Below, one piece after another: positions 50,138 to 63,099 of a stretch of 64,000 bases of DNA. The notes beneath the pieces are model-generated. The model had not been told where the DNA came from. It saw nothing but the letters and a program-made list of their open reading frames with translations, and searched no databases. This stretch comes from Vitrella brassicaformis CCMP3155. Taxonomy: Eukaryota; Protista; Chromerida. Each line of letters begins with the position of its first letter. The first letter of the stretch is position 1. The stretch spans positions 66,319 to 130,318 of the forward strand of contig CDMY01000299.1 in the NCBI GenBank assembly GCA_001179505.1. The letters run 5' to 3'. Position numbers and translations under genes: made by a program.

Positions 50138-51720
50138 TGATGCGATCGATGACGGGAGGGGTGGTTGCGGCGCAGGAGTTTCTTTGCTTTGTTGTCGTGG
50201 TATGAGTCCATGGATGGATGGATGGATGGATAGAAGGAGGTGTGGGGGATTTTTCTCTTTTTGTTTGACGGATGGCCGCTGGTGCGGACAAACACGAAGG
50301 TCGGGTGTGGTGTGTGGTTGCGGCTGTTGATGGTTTGTGGTTGGTTGATGTGACAGTGAGTGAAGTCTTTCACCCACGCGCTCGCTCGCCCCTCTGTCGT
50401 GCTGATGTTTGGTCAACGCTGCATGTGCATGTGCGTGCAGGCCTCCTTCGTGGCTCCATGTCTCCATGTCTCCAGGTGTGTGCAGATGGATGGATGGATG
50501 GATGGGTGCTGCCATTACACTTAGGGCGTGGCGCGGCGTGGCCCTATGCAAACATGCAGTCGCTTGTGTTTTTTGAGCTCTGGTGGCTGCTGACATTGTC
50601 GATTGGTGCATGTGGTGTCTGCAACCAACTGCATCCACGGATCGGATCGGATGGCTTTTGTACGTATGTGTGTATGTGCAGGGGGCGTGGTGTTTTGTCC
50701 GAGTGCATAAGGAGGGCCCGATGTGTGTGTACAGGTAGCATCTTCCTTCCATTTGCGCATCGATGTGAGTGTGTGTACGAAAGAGACGTACACAAAGGGA
50801 TCATCACATATATACGTACGTACATACGACACATCCATAACGGTGCGGTGTGTGTGATTCATTCATTGATGTCATTGATGTGTGGCGCGTGTGTGTGTGG
50901 ATGCGACGAGGTAGGTCCTATCAAAATACGTGTGGATATTCCTTCCATCTCCATCCGATACTTCCTGTCTAATCCTTCCTCCTCCTGCTGCGCTTTGACT
51001 CACTCTTACATTGCTCATACACACACACATACATACACACATACGTACATACGTACACACGTACACACATAATCGTCTATCAACGATCGGTCGGTCTTTG
51101 TATCCATTCTATACACTCTCCCTCTCTCTCTCTCTCTCTAATAATTCACCCTCGATTGCATCATGTTGATTGAAAGTGGCGGATCTGCGATTGATAAGGC
51201 TGGCCCACCACCCCACAAAAATGCGATGCTAGCGTGTCCTTAGTCGCCCTGGATGCGCCTCTTTCTCTCTCTGTCGGTGAGTAAGACTGTGAATGAATGA
51301 ATGCGGGTGTTTCGTGCATTGCTGCTGTGTGCTGGGACCGGCTGCCACATGAATGGATGGATGGATGGATGCGTTGATGGGTGGACGTCGGCCGACCTTT
51401 TGTCTCTCCCTCTCTGTGTACTCCTACACTTGCCTACACTTGAGTGCTCGTTCTGATGAGCGACCAATACCTTCTCTTGACCGAGACACATCCATTCACG
51501 AGCCACACCCACACCACACACGGGAGTCCACACCCAACGACGCCAGCATCGCACGCATGATGTCTTTCCGCACCACGACCGAGCGAGCATGAAAATGCAG
51601 GCCACTCACGCACGGACAGCACGAGAAGGCAGGGAAAAAACGAGGCGCGACGACAGAAGCGAAAAGTCCCGTGTCGTGTGGTATGGCGAGATACCCCAAT
51701 ACGACGGGTTGCCCGTCAAG

Positions 51721-52968
51721 TCAGCTAAATGCCGACGGCTCCCCCCCGTCACCGTCACCGTCGTGTTGCTGGTGTTGCTCCCTCCCCCTCCTGGCCATGG
51801 CGGCCTCCCGCTGCTTCCGCTTGTACATCTCCCACAACAGCCGGTGCGTGTCGCTGATCGGCGACCCATCGGTACCCACTCCCTCGCCAATGTGCCGCGG
51901 ACTCGCCGTGGCGCCCGAAGACGAGTGCGACACAGTCGAAGACGTCTGCGAGATGTGGACACGCGGAAGAAGCTTGCGCGCCTCAGGAGAAGAAAGCAGC
52001 GGGTGCAGCGGTGGCGACGAGTACTGCTGGTGCTCGGCCACAGGTGGGAGGGCGGGGCGGCCCTGCTGTTGGTGGTGGTGCGGTCGTCTCGTGTGAGCCG
52101 TCAGCCATCTCCGCAGCCGCTGGTATGCTTTCCACTGGCGATAGAGACGGAAGAGAAGGTAGAGCCCCAACGCCACATAGATGGAGCTGCTGACCGAGGC
52201 CGTCACCGACCACCGATACTGCCGTCTTGACGCCGGTCCGCCCCCTCCCCCGCCGCCCCACACCCCCACACTCTCCTCCCAAGCACGGGTCAGCCCACCC
52301 CGCCCTGTCCCCCGCCCCTTGGCCCGCCTCCCTCCCACCAGCAGCCCCAGCCACCCCAGCAGGTAGCGCATGAGGAATCCCCTCTCTGCCACGCCGGCGC
52401 CAAACCCGCTCACCTCCCGGAACCACTGTGTGAGCGTCATGAGCATCAGCCGCAGACCCTCAATCACCGCCGCCGCCTCGGCAACCACCTTGAGCACGTC
52501 ACGCAGGAAGAACCCTGGCGGCTGCTGCTGCTGCTGCTGTTGCTGCTGCTGTTGGTGGTGGGGTCCTCCCTGCATCTCCCCCTGCTGCTGTGTCGGGTGC
52601 ATCGGTGGATATGGAAATCCTGGAGAGGGTGTGGGCTCCATCCATGGCGGCGGGGGCGGGGGATGGACGTACGGGGCGGCGGACGGCACCAGGCTGGGAG
52701 AGGGCTGCTCATACACTGTGTAGCTGGGCACTGCGGCTGCTGCTGCTGGTCCTTGTGCTTGTGCTGCTGGGCCGGGGGAGGGGGAGGGGGACGGGACGCT
52801 AGATGAGGTCCACTCAGGGGGAGGGACGGCATCAGACGATGATGCTGCAGCTGGCCGCTGCTCGGCAGATGGTGGCGCGTCATTGGTCGGCTGCCGCTTG
52901 TCGTCGCTGCCGCCACCCTTGGTGTCCCCGCGATGCCGCAGAAAAGGACAAGCCGACTCCTTCATCAC
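51721..52968 (-). CDS. Single-exon Pro/Gln-rich membrane protein; weak resemblance to peroxin PEX13-like proteins
   Basis: 415-aa ORF with coding-like composition, Pro-rich N-terminus, amphipathic FLRDVLKVV..FLMRYLLGWLG and TM-like SIYVALGLYLLFRLY; the PEX13 resemblance is impression only. Confidence 0.6.
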   Translation of the reverse strand: MMKESACPFLRHRGDTKGGGSDDKRQPTNDAPPSAEQRPAAASSSDAVPPPEWTSSSVPSPSPSPGPAAQAQGPAAAAAVPSYTVYEQPSPSLVPSAAPYVHPPPPPPWMEPTPSPGFPYPPMHPTQQQGEMQGGPHHQQQQQQQQQQQPPGFFLRDVLKVVAEAAAVIEGLRLMLMTLTQWFREVSGFGAGVAERGFLMRYLLGWLGLLVGGRRAKGRGTGRGGLTRAWEESVGVWGGGGGGGPASRRQYRWSVTASVSSSIYVALGLYLLFRLYRQWKAYQRLRRWLTAHTRRPHHHQQQGRPALPPVAEHQQYSSPPLHPLLSSPEARKLLPRVHISQTSSTVSHSSSGATASPRHIGEGVGTDGSPISDTHRLLWEMYKRKQREAAMARRGREQHQQHDGDGDGGEPSAFS

Positions 52969-53543
52969 GACATCAATCGGCTAGCCACCATTAGTCGTCT
53001 TGATCAGTAGCAGTAGCAGTGCTCCATGACCGTCAGAGAGGCCGTGGGAGCGCGTGGGAAGACAAAGAGTCGCTTTGCGAGTCCTTGTTCCTCAAAGATG
53101 GCTTTTAAGCTTCCACAAGTGTCCACAGGTGGCCGTCTTCACCCTCTGCAGACCTCCCTGCTGCCTCAGCTGGCTGTCACAGGCTCCGAGATGCCCAAGA
53201 AGTTCTAGAGAGTGCCGACACGGCTGGTGCTCACGGGATTTGATGGAGAAAGAACAGAAAAGAATTCCGACGCCGTGGAGAGAGCCCCGCGGAGCCAGAG
53301 AACAAAGAGAGAAACAGGGAAAGTCACCTCCACTCGTGAGAGCGGTTTCACGGAGCCTGCGCGAGCTTCAGAGTTTGAAACCAGGCGAGCGAGAAGGAAA
53401 ACGCAGGAGCTCCGCACCGTTTGGACAACAGATTCCTGCAGCAGATCTCCTAGACCTTCGTTCCATCTGATCTGGCGAGCATCTGAGCGAAGGCGCGACG
53501 TGACGCCGCTGCTGCTCCCTGAGGCAGGCAGACATCTCACATC

Positions 53544-54508
53544 ATGGTATGATGCATGACGCAGCACCATAGATCAGCGGCAATAACGCCGCTGCCCGCA
53601 TCTCACACACAACTTCCTCGTGTCTTGTCTGCTCTGCAGTCCATCTTCAGTTACAATGGCGCTGCCTTGGTGGGCATGGCCGGCAAGGACTGCGTGGCGG
53701 TGGCCGTCGACAAGCGGCTGGGCGTCAACCAGTTCCAGACCATCTCGGCCAACTTCCAAAGGGCATTCCAGGTCTCGGAGCGGTGCTTCGTGGCTCTCGG
53801 CGGCCTGGCATCCGACGTGCAGACAGTGTAAGCCACACTTGTGGCCACACCCACAGGTCTGCACATAGCTAGCTGTGGTGCGTGTGTCGTGTGTGTCGCA
53901 TGACTGAAGGCACAAGGAGATAGCGTATCGTATGAAGATGTATTCGCTTCGGGAGGAGCGTGAGATGGAGCCCAAGGTGGTGACGGCCCTGGTGGCGTCG
54001 ATGCTGTACGCCCGCCGCTTCGGGCCGTGGTTTGTGGACCCCGTCGTGGCGGGGCTCGACAAGGACAACAAGCCCGTCCTGGCGGGGTACGACTCCATCG
54101 GCGCCAAAAGCGAGGCTCACGACTTTGTGACGGGCGGGACGGCCAGCGACCAGCTCTTTGGCCTCTGCGAGCAGTTCTGGAAACCTGACATGGTGAGCGA
54201 GGCCAAAGATATATGGGCCATGTGGATGTGTGTGTCGGTGGGTGTGACGGGGTGTGTTGGTGGTCGGCCTCAGGATGCCGACCAGTTGTTTGAGACGATA
54301 TCGCAGTGTCTGCTCGCAGCCGTCGACCGGGACTGCGTCAGCGGATGGGGAGCCGACGTCTTCATCCTGTAAGCGCACTTCAGCCAGAGCAACCACAGAC
54401 AGACAGACAGACAGACGAGCACCTGCCGTGTGGGTGTGTCGTGTGTCGCTTTGCAGGACTGCTGACGGTACGGTGACCAAGAAGACACTCAAAGTGCGAC
54501 AAGACTGA
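53544..54508 (+). CDS. PSMB3: 20S proteasome subunit beta type-3; 5 exons, the first contributing only ATG
   Basis: ATG|GTATGA..CAG|SIFSYNGAALVGMAGKDCVAVAVDKRLG, GLASDVQT, LYARRFGPWFVDPVVAGL, LFGLCEQFWKPDM, AVDRDCVSGWG. Confidence 0.95.
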
Positions 54509-55278
54509 CCGATCCGTTGGCTGGCTGACTGTAGTTAGTGTATGAATGTGTGGCAAAACGTGACGAGGCAGGCAGCCTGTTGTTTTTGAATGGCTGTGCT
54601 GTGCATGACGGAAGAACACACAATGATGTGAGTGCGTGAATGACGCGACGATAACATGCTTAGGAAAACTGATTCATCTGACAGGTCACGTCGCATCAGG
54701 TCGTTTTGACTGCTTCACTCCCACCCACCTGAAGTGTGTGTGCATGCGCGTTGAGTCCCGTCCCCTCCCCTCCCGTCCATGTCTGTCCCCTTCTTCTGAC
54801 TGTCTGTCCGGCAACCCCACCATCACCCAGTCAGTCAGTCAGTCGGTCAGTCATCTGTACATGCATCCATTCACACACCCACACCCATCCATCCATCCAT
54901 CCACCCATTCGCCCATTCGCCCATCTGTGTGTGCAGGAGGGCTGACTATACACGATGATGACATCGAAGGAGGAGAGAGAACAAGACTGGCAGACAGACA
55001 GACTAGGGTGACGTGACGTCGGGTGAAGGAATGGATTCACCAAAGGGGAGGAGGACATGGCTGGCGCGACCACTCACAGATCGATCGGGGAAGAAGCAAA
55101 CACGAAACTACCATCCTTGCTCACCTCACCCGCACCGAAAAACTACACCCATCCTATCCACTCACGCCTTTGTCACTTGCTTTGCTCGACCATTTCGCCA
55201 TCCATCCATCCATCCATCCGTTGGGGCGGCGAAAAATAAAGCACCAGTGTCACTCACTCCAGTCTCTCTCTTGGTCGG

Positions 55279-56097
55279 TCATTTCCTTGCTCCCCGGTTG
55301 ATCATGTCCGACAGCACCGCCCTCTCGTCAGCCGCCACCTCACTGCCCTCATCCATCCACCCCAGCCCAAACGCGTTCGTCGCCCCGCCCACACCACCAG
55401 CACCAGATGGGTGACCGTCGCCCGGCTGGGTCTCGGGATGCCTCACCACCACAAGCACATGGTCGTCGCCCGCCTTATTGACGCACCGCACCGCTATCGA
55501 CAGCGCAATGGACGTCATCAGAAGAAAGATGGCCACGTCGGCGAACAGCACGTTCCGCCGCCGCACCTCGCGCGACCCCCGAGAGCTGCCGATGAGCGCC
55601 GCACAGATGGCGATGGCGGTGAAGCCGCAGGCTATCTTGACGCCCAAGAGAATCCGCGCCACAGCGGTCATGAGCGACACCGCAATGCAGAGATGGACGC
55701 CGCTGCCGATGACGAGCACGAACATCTCAACGGTGAGCCACTTCCACGGGCTCTCGGACAGCTCCTCCAGCACCGAATCGGCGTCCTCAAGGCCCGCAAT
55801 GTGCCTGTAGAGCACGACGCCGCCCGTGACGACCGAGAAGCCGACGATGTGGAGGGCCTGGGAGACTGCAATGAGCGGCTGGAACCTGGCGAAGCCGATG
55901 GAGACGGTGATGAAGAATAGCACCGATACGGGCACGCACATGACCCAGAAGGGCGTGACGGGCCCGCCGTAAGAGGACCGCCGATGCGTGGAAGCGATGT
56001 CGTGGCGCATGCGCTGCGGTGGGGTGACGATGGGCACTGAGGTGCTGGAGGACCGGGAGCCGGCCCGCATGTACTCGGCGGCGATGTCCTCCTTCAT
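55279..56097 (-). CDS. Single-exon multi-pass membrane protein (about 5 TM); function unknown
   Basis: Long ORF (open to 56259) with several hydrophobic segments; head-to-head with Cbf5. Confidence 0.65.
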   Translation of the reverse strand: MKEDIAAEYMRAGSRSSSTSVPIVTPPQRMRHDIASTHRRSSYGGPVTPFWVMCVPVSVLFFITVSIGFARFQPLIAVSQALHIVGFSVVTGGVVLYRHIAGLEDADSVLEELSESPWKWLTVEMFVLVIGSGVHLCIAVSLMTAVARILLGVKIACGFTAIAICAALIGSSRGSREVRRRNVLFADVAIFLLMTSIALSIAVRCVNKAGDDHVLVVVRHPETQPGDGHPSGAGGVGGATNAFGLGWMDEGSEVAADERAVLSDMINRGARK

Positions 56098-56392
56098 CCT
56101 GATATATGAGCTGCTCAGGGCGATGGTCTGAATGCACGCCGATGGACAGAGTGAGGCGACGACGGTCAAAGCGAGCTTGACGAGCTTCTTCGGCACATGA
56201 TCGGCATCACCATGGCATTCTCGAACGGATTTTGGCTCTTGCCTTTCGGCCTTTTTCACCGCGAGCTTTTTCTTTCGTTGCCTGGGTGGTGGTTAAGGGT
56301 AAGATTGTCGAGCGTTGCCATTTTTCGACGACGAGGCTGCTCAAGGTGCTGTGAGGGGCCCACTGTGGGCAGTTGGCGCTTTGGTCACGACA

Positions 56393-59148
56393 ATGGATGT
56401 GTCGGAAGATGCTCCGGTCAAGATCAAGAAGGGCAAGCGAAAGGCCAAGGAGGGCGCCACGGACGGACCCGAGGGAGGCCAGGAGCTGTTCATCAGACCC
56501 CAGAAGCTCAGCCCACCCATCGACACCTCCACGTGGCCGCTCCTGCTCAAGGTCGGCAGACTCAGTCTGGCCCATCCACACACGCGAGACAGAAGCACCG
56601 ACACCTGATGCGTGGGTATCTGGCTGCTTGTCTGGTTCAGAACTATGACAAGCTGAACGTGCGGACGGGCCACTACACGCCGCTGCCGCACGGCTGCTCC
56701 CCGCTGAACCGCCCGCTGTCCGAGTATCTGGCTTACGGCATCATCAACCTCGACAAGCCCGCCAACCCCTCCAGCCACGAGGTGGTCGCCTGGATCAAGA
56801 AGATACTCAGATGCGACAAGACCGGACACAGCGGCACGCTGGACCCCAAGGTCACGGGGTGCCTCCTCGTCTGCCTCAACCGGGCCACCAGACTCGTCAA
56901 GAGCCAGCAGGCTGCAGGTGGGCAGGGCATATAGCAAAGGAGGATGGGAGCTCATGGTGGAGCTGTGCTGCGTGTGTGTTCAGGCAAGGAGTACGTCGGT
57001 ATTGTGCGTTTCCACAGTGCAGTCGAGAGCAGGGCGAAAGTCGTCAGGGTCAGTCAGTCCAGTCAGCAACACACAGACATCGATGCACCCATCCCGTCGA
57101 CCATCTGCTCTGCTCTATGTGTGTCGTTTGTGTGAACAGGCGTTGGAGACGTTGACAGGCGCGCAGTTTCAGCGGCCACCCGTCATTGCAGCGGTCAAGA
57201 GACAACTGAGAATCAGGTGCGTATGTGTGATGACGGCACAGACCACACACAGGCAGCGTCGACCGCTGTCCTTTTTCTCATCCGGCCTGCAGAACCATCT
57301 ACGAGTCCAAGTTGCTGGATTACGACGAGCGTCGGCACCTGGCCGTGTTCTGGGTGTCGTGCGAGGCGGGCACTTACGTGCGGACGTTCTGTGTGCACCT
57401 GGGGCTCATCCTGGGCGTGGGCGCGCACATGCACGAGCTCAGAAGAGTCAGGTACGTGCGTGCAGCCACACACACGGAAGAGGCCACTCCATTTGTGCAT
57501 GTGGTGTGTCTTGTGGCCGTGTGTGTGTGGTCAGGTCTGGTTGCTTGAGTGAGAAGGACTGCATGACGACGATGCACGACGTGCTTGACGCACAGTGGGT
57601 CTACGACAGCTTCAGGGTGGGTGTGCGGGAGGGATGGGACATCTAGACACCACACCACACCCACCAGCAGTTGACAGACACATATGGTCTCTGTTGTGTC
57701 CGTCTGTCCATCACACAGGACGAGTCGTATCTTCGCCGTGTCGTGTTCCCTCTGGAGATGCTGCTCACCACCTACCCAAGGATAGTGGTGAGTGGAGGAA
57801 CGATAGACACACAAGGGAAGGCCTGTGTCAATGCCCTCTGTGTGGGTTTGTATCAGCTCAAGGACAGCGCCGTCAACGCCGTCTGCTATGGCGCCAAGCT
57901 CATGATTCCGGTGAAGACCCTCCCAACACACCGCACAAGGGAGGAAAGGCGTGAGACTGATTGCTGTGGCGGCTTTGTCTCTGTGTGCCAGGGTGTGTTG
58001 CGTTTCGACAACAATATCGACATCGGCACTGAGGTGGTGATGATGACCACCAAGGGAGAGGCCGTCGCCATCGGCATCGCACAGATGACCACTGCCGTCA
58101 TCGCCACCGTCGACCACGGTCAGCCATGACACATCCACCACCAAAGACAGTGAGGACACAGCTGCACTTTTCTCTTTGTGTGGATGTGTGTCGTTCAGGT
58201 GTTGTTTCGATCATCAAGCGTGTGATAATGGAGCGAGACACGTACGACATGCGCTGGGGCTACGGACCGAGGGCGGCCGAGAAGAAGAAACTCATCCTGG
58301 TCAGACACTGATGCACATTAACGTGTGAATGAATGCATGGATGGCTGCGTGACGACTGGTCAGGCTGGCAAGTTGGACAAGCACGGGAAGCCCAATGAGC
58401 AGACGCCGGAGTCGTGGCTGAAGGGAGAGGACGCCGCCAAGCTCCCCAAACTCACTGGAGGTACACGTGAATGCAGCTGAGACGCAGGCAAACACATCCC
58501 CTCTGGCCCCTTCCATCTGTGTGTCCAGCAGCCGCTATCAAAGATGAGATGAAGGAAGAGGACAAGGCGGACGCAGAGATGGCCCCAGCGGCTGCGGCTG
58601 CTGCCGCGGCGGCAGGCGAGGGGGCTGTCAGCGGACTGGAAGCACAGCCACAAAAGGAGGAGAAGAAAAGGAAGAAAAAGGTACACACACACACACCACA
58701 CCCCTCACACATCCATCCATCCATCCATCCACACGTGTACGTGTGTGTATGTGTGTCATGTGTGCTGTGTGTGTGTCAGAAGAAGGACGAGGATGCAATG
58801 GAGGAGGAGGAGGAGGAGCCGCCGGCAGAAGTGCCTGAGTAGGCCAAGCCGACCAATTACTATACAGTACACGAACGAATGTGTATGTGTGTGTGTGATA
58901 TGGGCAGGGATGAGGATGGCGCCAAGAAGAAAAAGAAGAAGCGGAAGCTCGATGAGGCACAAGCAGGTGAGAATGATCCATCCACCCACACAACGTACTC
59001 GTGCCGTCCACTCACCCTCATGGCTGGTGCGGTGCGTTCAGCTGATGAGGGCGAGGCTGCCGGTGCAGCAGCAGCTGCGGAGGAGCCCGAGAAGAAGGTC
59101 AAGAAGAAGAAGAAAAAGAAGCAACAGGAGACCGCAGAGGAGGAATGA
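56393..59148 (+). CDS. DKC1: H/ACA RNP pseudouridine synthase Cbf5/dyskerin; multi-exon; KKE-rich tail
   Basis: [43 protein letters not shown] (catalytic Asp), [25 protein letters not shown] region, IMERDTY..RWG. Confidence 0.97.
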
Positions 59149-59705
59149 ATGAATGGGTGCATGACGTGCATCACACCCACAGCACACATCACACGCGCAG
59201 CGAGAGATGAGAGAGACAGGGGGCGGGATAAGGCAGCCAGGCAGTCCTGTAGTGTATTGGTGTCATGGAAGGGTGAAGGCTCAGGGGCGAGAGATCTGTT
59301 TGTGCTTGTGAGAGAGAGGGTTTTAAGCCGTCCACCATCGCTGGCTGTCTGTCCATGGGTGTGAGCGGCGCACACGATCTGTGCGTCCATCGATACCCAT
59401 TCACTCACTGGCTGCACCATGTCTGTCTGGCTTGTCCAGGTTCGATGGTTTTCCCTTCACTCCGTACTAGTTGATGTGGATCATCCCTAGTGTCTTTTTC
59501 CTTGTCCGGCTGATTTTTGTGTGATGGCCGTGGTCAAGATTGTGTCCTATCACCACGCTTCTATTCACGAGACTGACGGGTCTGCGAAAAGCATCTCGAG
59601 AGCTTCCTTCCCTCCCCCTTGGACGAGGTACCACACTCGCGCGCAGATCCAGCCGCGGGCCGTTGGACAGCCGTTAGAGAAGCTAGCGCGGTACGGTGTG
59701 CGCGA

Positions 59706-61364
59706 ATGAAGAGCCCCCTGCCCCTCATCGTGGCCCTCGCCGCCGCCCTCTGCTGCAGCCAGGCTCTCCCGCCGGCGCCACCCGACCCCTCGAGCAACGG
59801 CACCAGCCGCCCCTTGACCACCAACTTGACCCGCTACTTCGAAGAGCACAACATCACCAGCCCCTTCTCCAACTTCACCGGCGCTCTTGAACCGCTTCAA
59901 GTAGAAGGAAAGCCCTGCGAAGAGGTACTGGTAGCAGACCTCGAGTGCAGGAAAAATCAGGGAGTTCGGGTCATCAATGGCGTTCAGATCGGAGGTATAG
60001 GGGGACTTCACGTTCTCCTCTCTCTTGCATCGTGGTATGCTCTTTTGTCTTGTGCAGGTGTGGAGGTGGGGGCCGGACAGTGCTTGATTCTCACGAGCGG
60101 CGCTAAAGTCTTCGGCGGCGTCCGCGTGTCAGATGGCGGTATTCTCTGCACAGAGAAAGACGCGTTCGTCAAGCTCAATGTGGAAGGGCACAATGCTGGT
60201 CCCATCCTCATACTTGGCGGGACATTCGGATGGAGGGTTCTCGGCAAAAAGGATAGTAGGAGGTGATATTGTACTGAAAGGAGAACTTCGGAGTCCAGGT
60301 AGCTACGGGAGTCGATTCATGAGAGTGGCATGTTTTGTGCTCCTTGCCGTTTCCTTTCTGCCAGATCTGCCAGGGGGCTTTCTCAGTGTCGCTGGCCTTC
60401 TCATAGAACAGGCGCCATCAGTCGACGACGGCACAGTTGCTCGGATCATTATTGCCGGCGATGTCAATGTCGAGGCCAAGGATGCGCCCGTCGAGGTTCA
60501 ACGTGCTATACCAACAGAGACGTCTCAAACGAAATCTGGCGACATCATCTTCATCGGAGGCGACTTCAAAGTGACGGACACAGGCTCCTCGCTTCAAATT
60601 GTTGACGTCGTCGGACCTCCTCCTCCTCCATTCAACTCGATACGCATCCGTGGAAAGCTTGTGACGGCAGCACTATCCGGAACTGCAGTCATAGGTGAGG
60701 GCCTGTGAGAGGCAGAAAGGAAGCCCCTCCACTGCGGAAGGCAGCGGAAAATGCATTGCACATGCGCAGTGATTGTGCGGCTGACAGGAGCATCCATTAA
60801 TAGAGGCGTGACGGTTGAGGGACAAGGGGGTCAACTTTTCCTGTCCGCAGGTATATGCTGTGAGCTACCTGCACATACCATAGTGTTTCACGTGTGCTTT
60901 CAGTCAACATCGGGCAAAAATTCTTTCCACACGGGAATAAAATTTTCGCTCGAGGCAGCTTTACGACCATCAACATCGGCAGTGTCATTTTCACCGGCAG
61001 AGGAGGCGGCATCATAGACTTAGCTTGCGAAGGTGGGACTCTGTCAACGTCAATTGCTACACTTCCCCTTGATACTGAATCTGCACTCGGAGAGCTCAGG
61101 ATCAGTCGTTGTGGTCCTAGTGGTTCCATGGCACGTCTTGTTGTGTTTGATTCCCGCATTCTGAAAGCCGACTTCATTGACAATCCCAATCTCGTCCTGT
61201 CAGGCGACTCGGACATCGGCACTGTCTTTGTGAGAGAGCTTAGATGCGAGAATCTCAACGAACTGACCAACGAAAAAGGTCACTTCATTGGGGGTGACGC
61301 TAAGTGTATGTGTGAGGCTGAGACGGTCTTAGAGGGGACCGACCCCATCTGTCCTGAAGCTTGA
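59706..61364 (+). pseudogene. Secreted Gly/Val/Ile-rich beta-solenoid-like protein interrupted by one frameshift near 60228 (pseudogene or sequence error); 5 exons
   Basis: Signal peptide MKSPLPLIVALAAALCCSQA; four N-glycosylation sequons (NGT, NLT, NIT, NFT); repeated GG(V/I)x(V/I)xG motifs; exon 2 frame stops at 60266 while the +1 frame continues to a donor at about 60298, and later exons splice in phase. Confidence 0.6.
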
Positions 61365-63099
61365 GGTGATGATAGGAGAGTATTATGTTGAGATCAGGCA
61401 GGTGGTGCATGTGATTTTTCTGACGCCTTCACGAATGACACGGTCCATTTTTGGGCTTGTTGGCTGTCCCAACTGTATGGTGTGGTGTTGAACCAGCCAT
61501 TTTTCGGCTGCTTGGCTGCCGTGATTATATTGTGTTGTACATGGACGGGTGAATGGCGGGCTGAATGGGCGAGCGAGCGATGAGATATAGATGTATGTCG
61601 CCTTGCAAGTGTTCTCACCTGCATACGGCTCATGGCGTTTTTCGACGACGCTTGTGGCCATTTGTTGCTGAGTTATCGCATAAGCGAGTGGATGGCTGAG
61701 TGATGGGTGGCTGGATGGATGAGAGAGCGACAGGAGACGGGTGTGTGCGGGAGTGCCGTGGAGACACGTATTCATTTACACGTTCGTTCATTCGATGTCG
61801 CCCTAGTGTGTCTGCCTTCTCCCTTCCTCCTGTGTGGCATCGTGTATAGTCAGCCTTCTCGCCCACGGATGGATGTGAGTGGGTGTGTGCATGGATGTAC
61901 AGATGACTGACTGACTGGGGCGTGGTAGGCGAGACAGACAAGAGAGAGATAGACAGACAGACAGACAGCAGAGACACCAGAGAGAGAGAGAGAGACGGAT
62001 GGACCCGTGTGACTAGATGGCCACTGATTAGTGTGTCTCTTTGCGTGGACAGCAGTAGCTACTTGAAGCGCACACCATCACTGACACGCTCTGTCAACCG
62101 CTGTGTCACTCTGAGTCACATTCGACATCACTTCGGCACAAGGCAAAAGCAGCTCCGTCCACACGAAGAAACGGCTGATGCTACAGGCCGCATCACCCCT
62201 TGCCCCTTCAGCAGTCGATCGAAAAAAAGGAGCGGCCCGAGACATGCGCATGTCATGCAACCAACATACACACAGCAAAGGTAAGGCACACTTCAGACAA
62301 CCCCAAAGAGAGCACGAGGCACCCAATCCCACAAGTCAAACACAGTCACCACGCAACCAAGAGAGCACTGCACAGGGAGGCGGACCTCTATCTCTCCTTG
62401 CTATGTCGGCAAGTCTCATTACGCATCACGTCGACACAGCCACAATGGCGCAAAGCCGATTGCTTATGCTCTCTTCAGAATCTGTCGAACGAGAAGAAAA
62501 TGGGCAGCAGACTGCAAAGCAAAAAGAAAGCTGCGCGAGTCGAAATGAGAAGTGGCGAGAGAGACACAAAAGCAAAAAGTTACCCGAGAGAGAAGGAAGA
62601 CGTATCGAGCATGCAGTACGTCTCCGAAGGCCCGCAATCCCGCAGGTCGAGCGTCAGCTCACAGCCACTCATCCAATCGACCGACAAAACAGGGAGGCGC
62701 ACAAGCCAAGAAAAAGGCGGCCCTGTCTCGCCCATACATGTAAGATGACTCAAACACAGCAGCGGTTATGTGCCAAACGAAAAAGAGCCCCATGAGCAGA
62801 AAAAAGAGCCCCCGAAAAGCGAAGAAACCCACAGAAGAGCGCGTGATGCCCCAAGCAGTGAAGAACGCGAGATGCCATGAAAAGTAATACAGGCCCTCAC
62901 TGGCGACACACGGTGCATGGCATGCAAGGTGTCAGCATGACGTAGAATGATGTTTGGATATGAATGAGTGGGGGCATGCAATGCATCCTAGGATGAAAAT
63001 GGATGCGTTGAGACCAAGAAAGCATGGTGCTCATCCTGTCAATGGCAATAGCACCGCGCCAATAATCCACTGCACCCATGCCACCGAAGATGTCTCCCC

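Noticed and set aside
56393-59148. Intronic H/ACA snoRNAs in the Cbf5 gene
   Set aside because: Introns are short and microsatellite-rich; no hairpin-H-hairpin-ACA structure was discernible
62178-62795. K/R-rich overlapping ORFs
   Set aside because: Purine-rich low-complexity sequence with no splice structure or motifs
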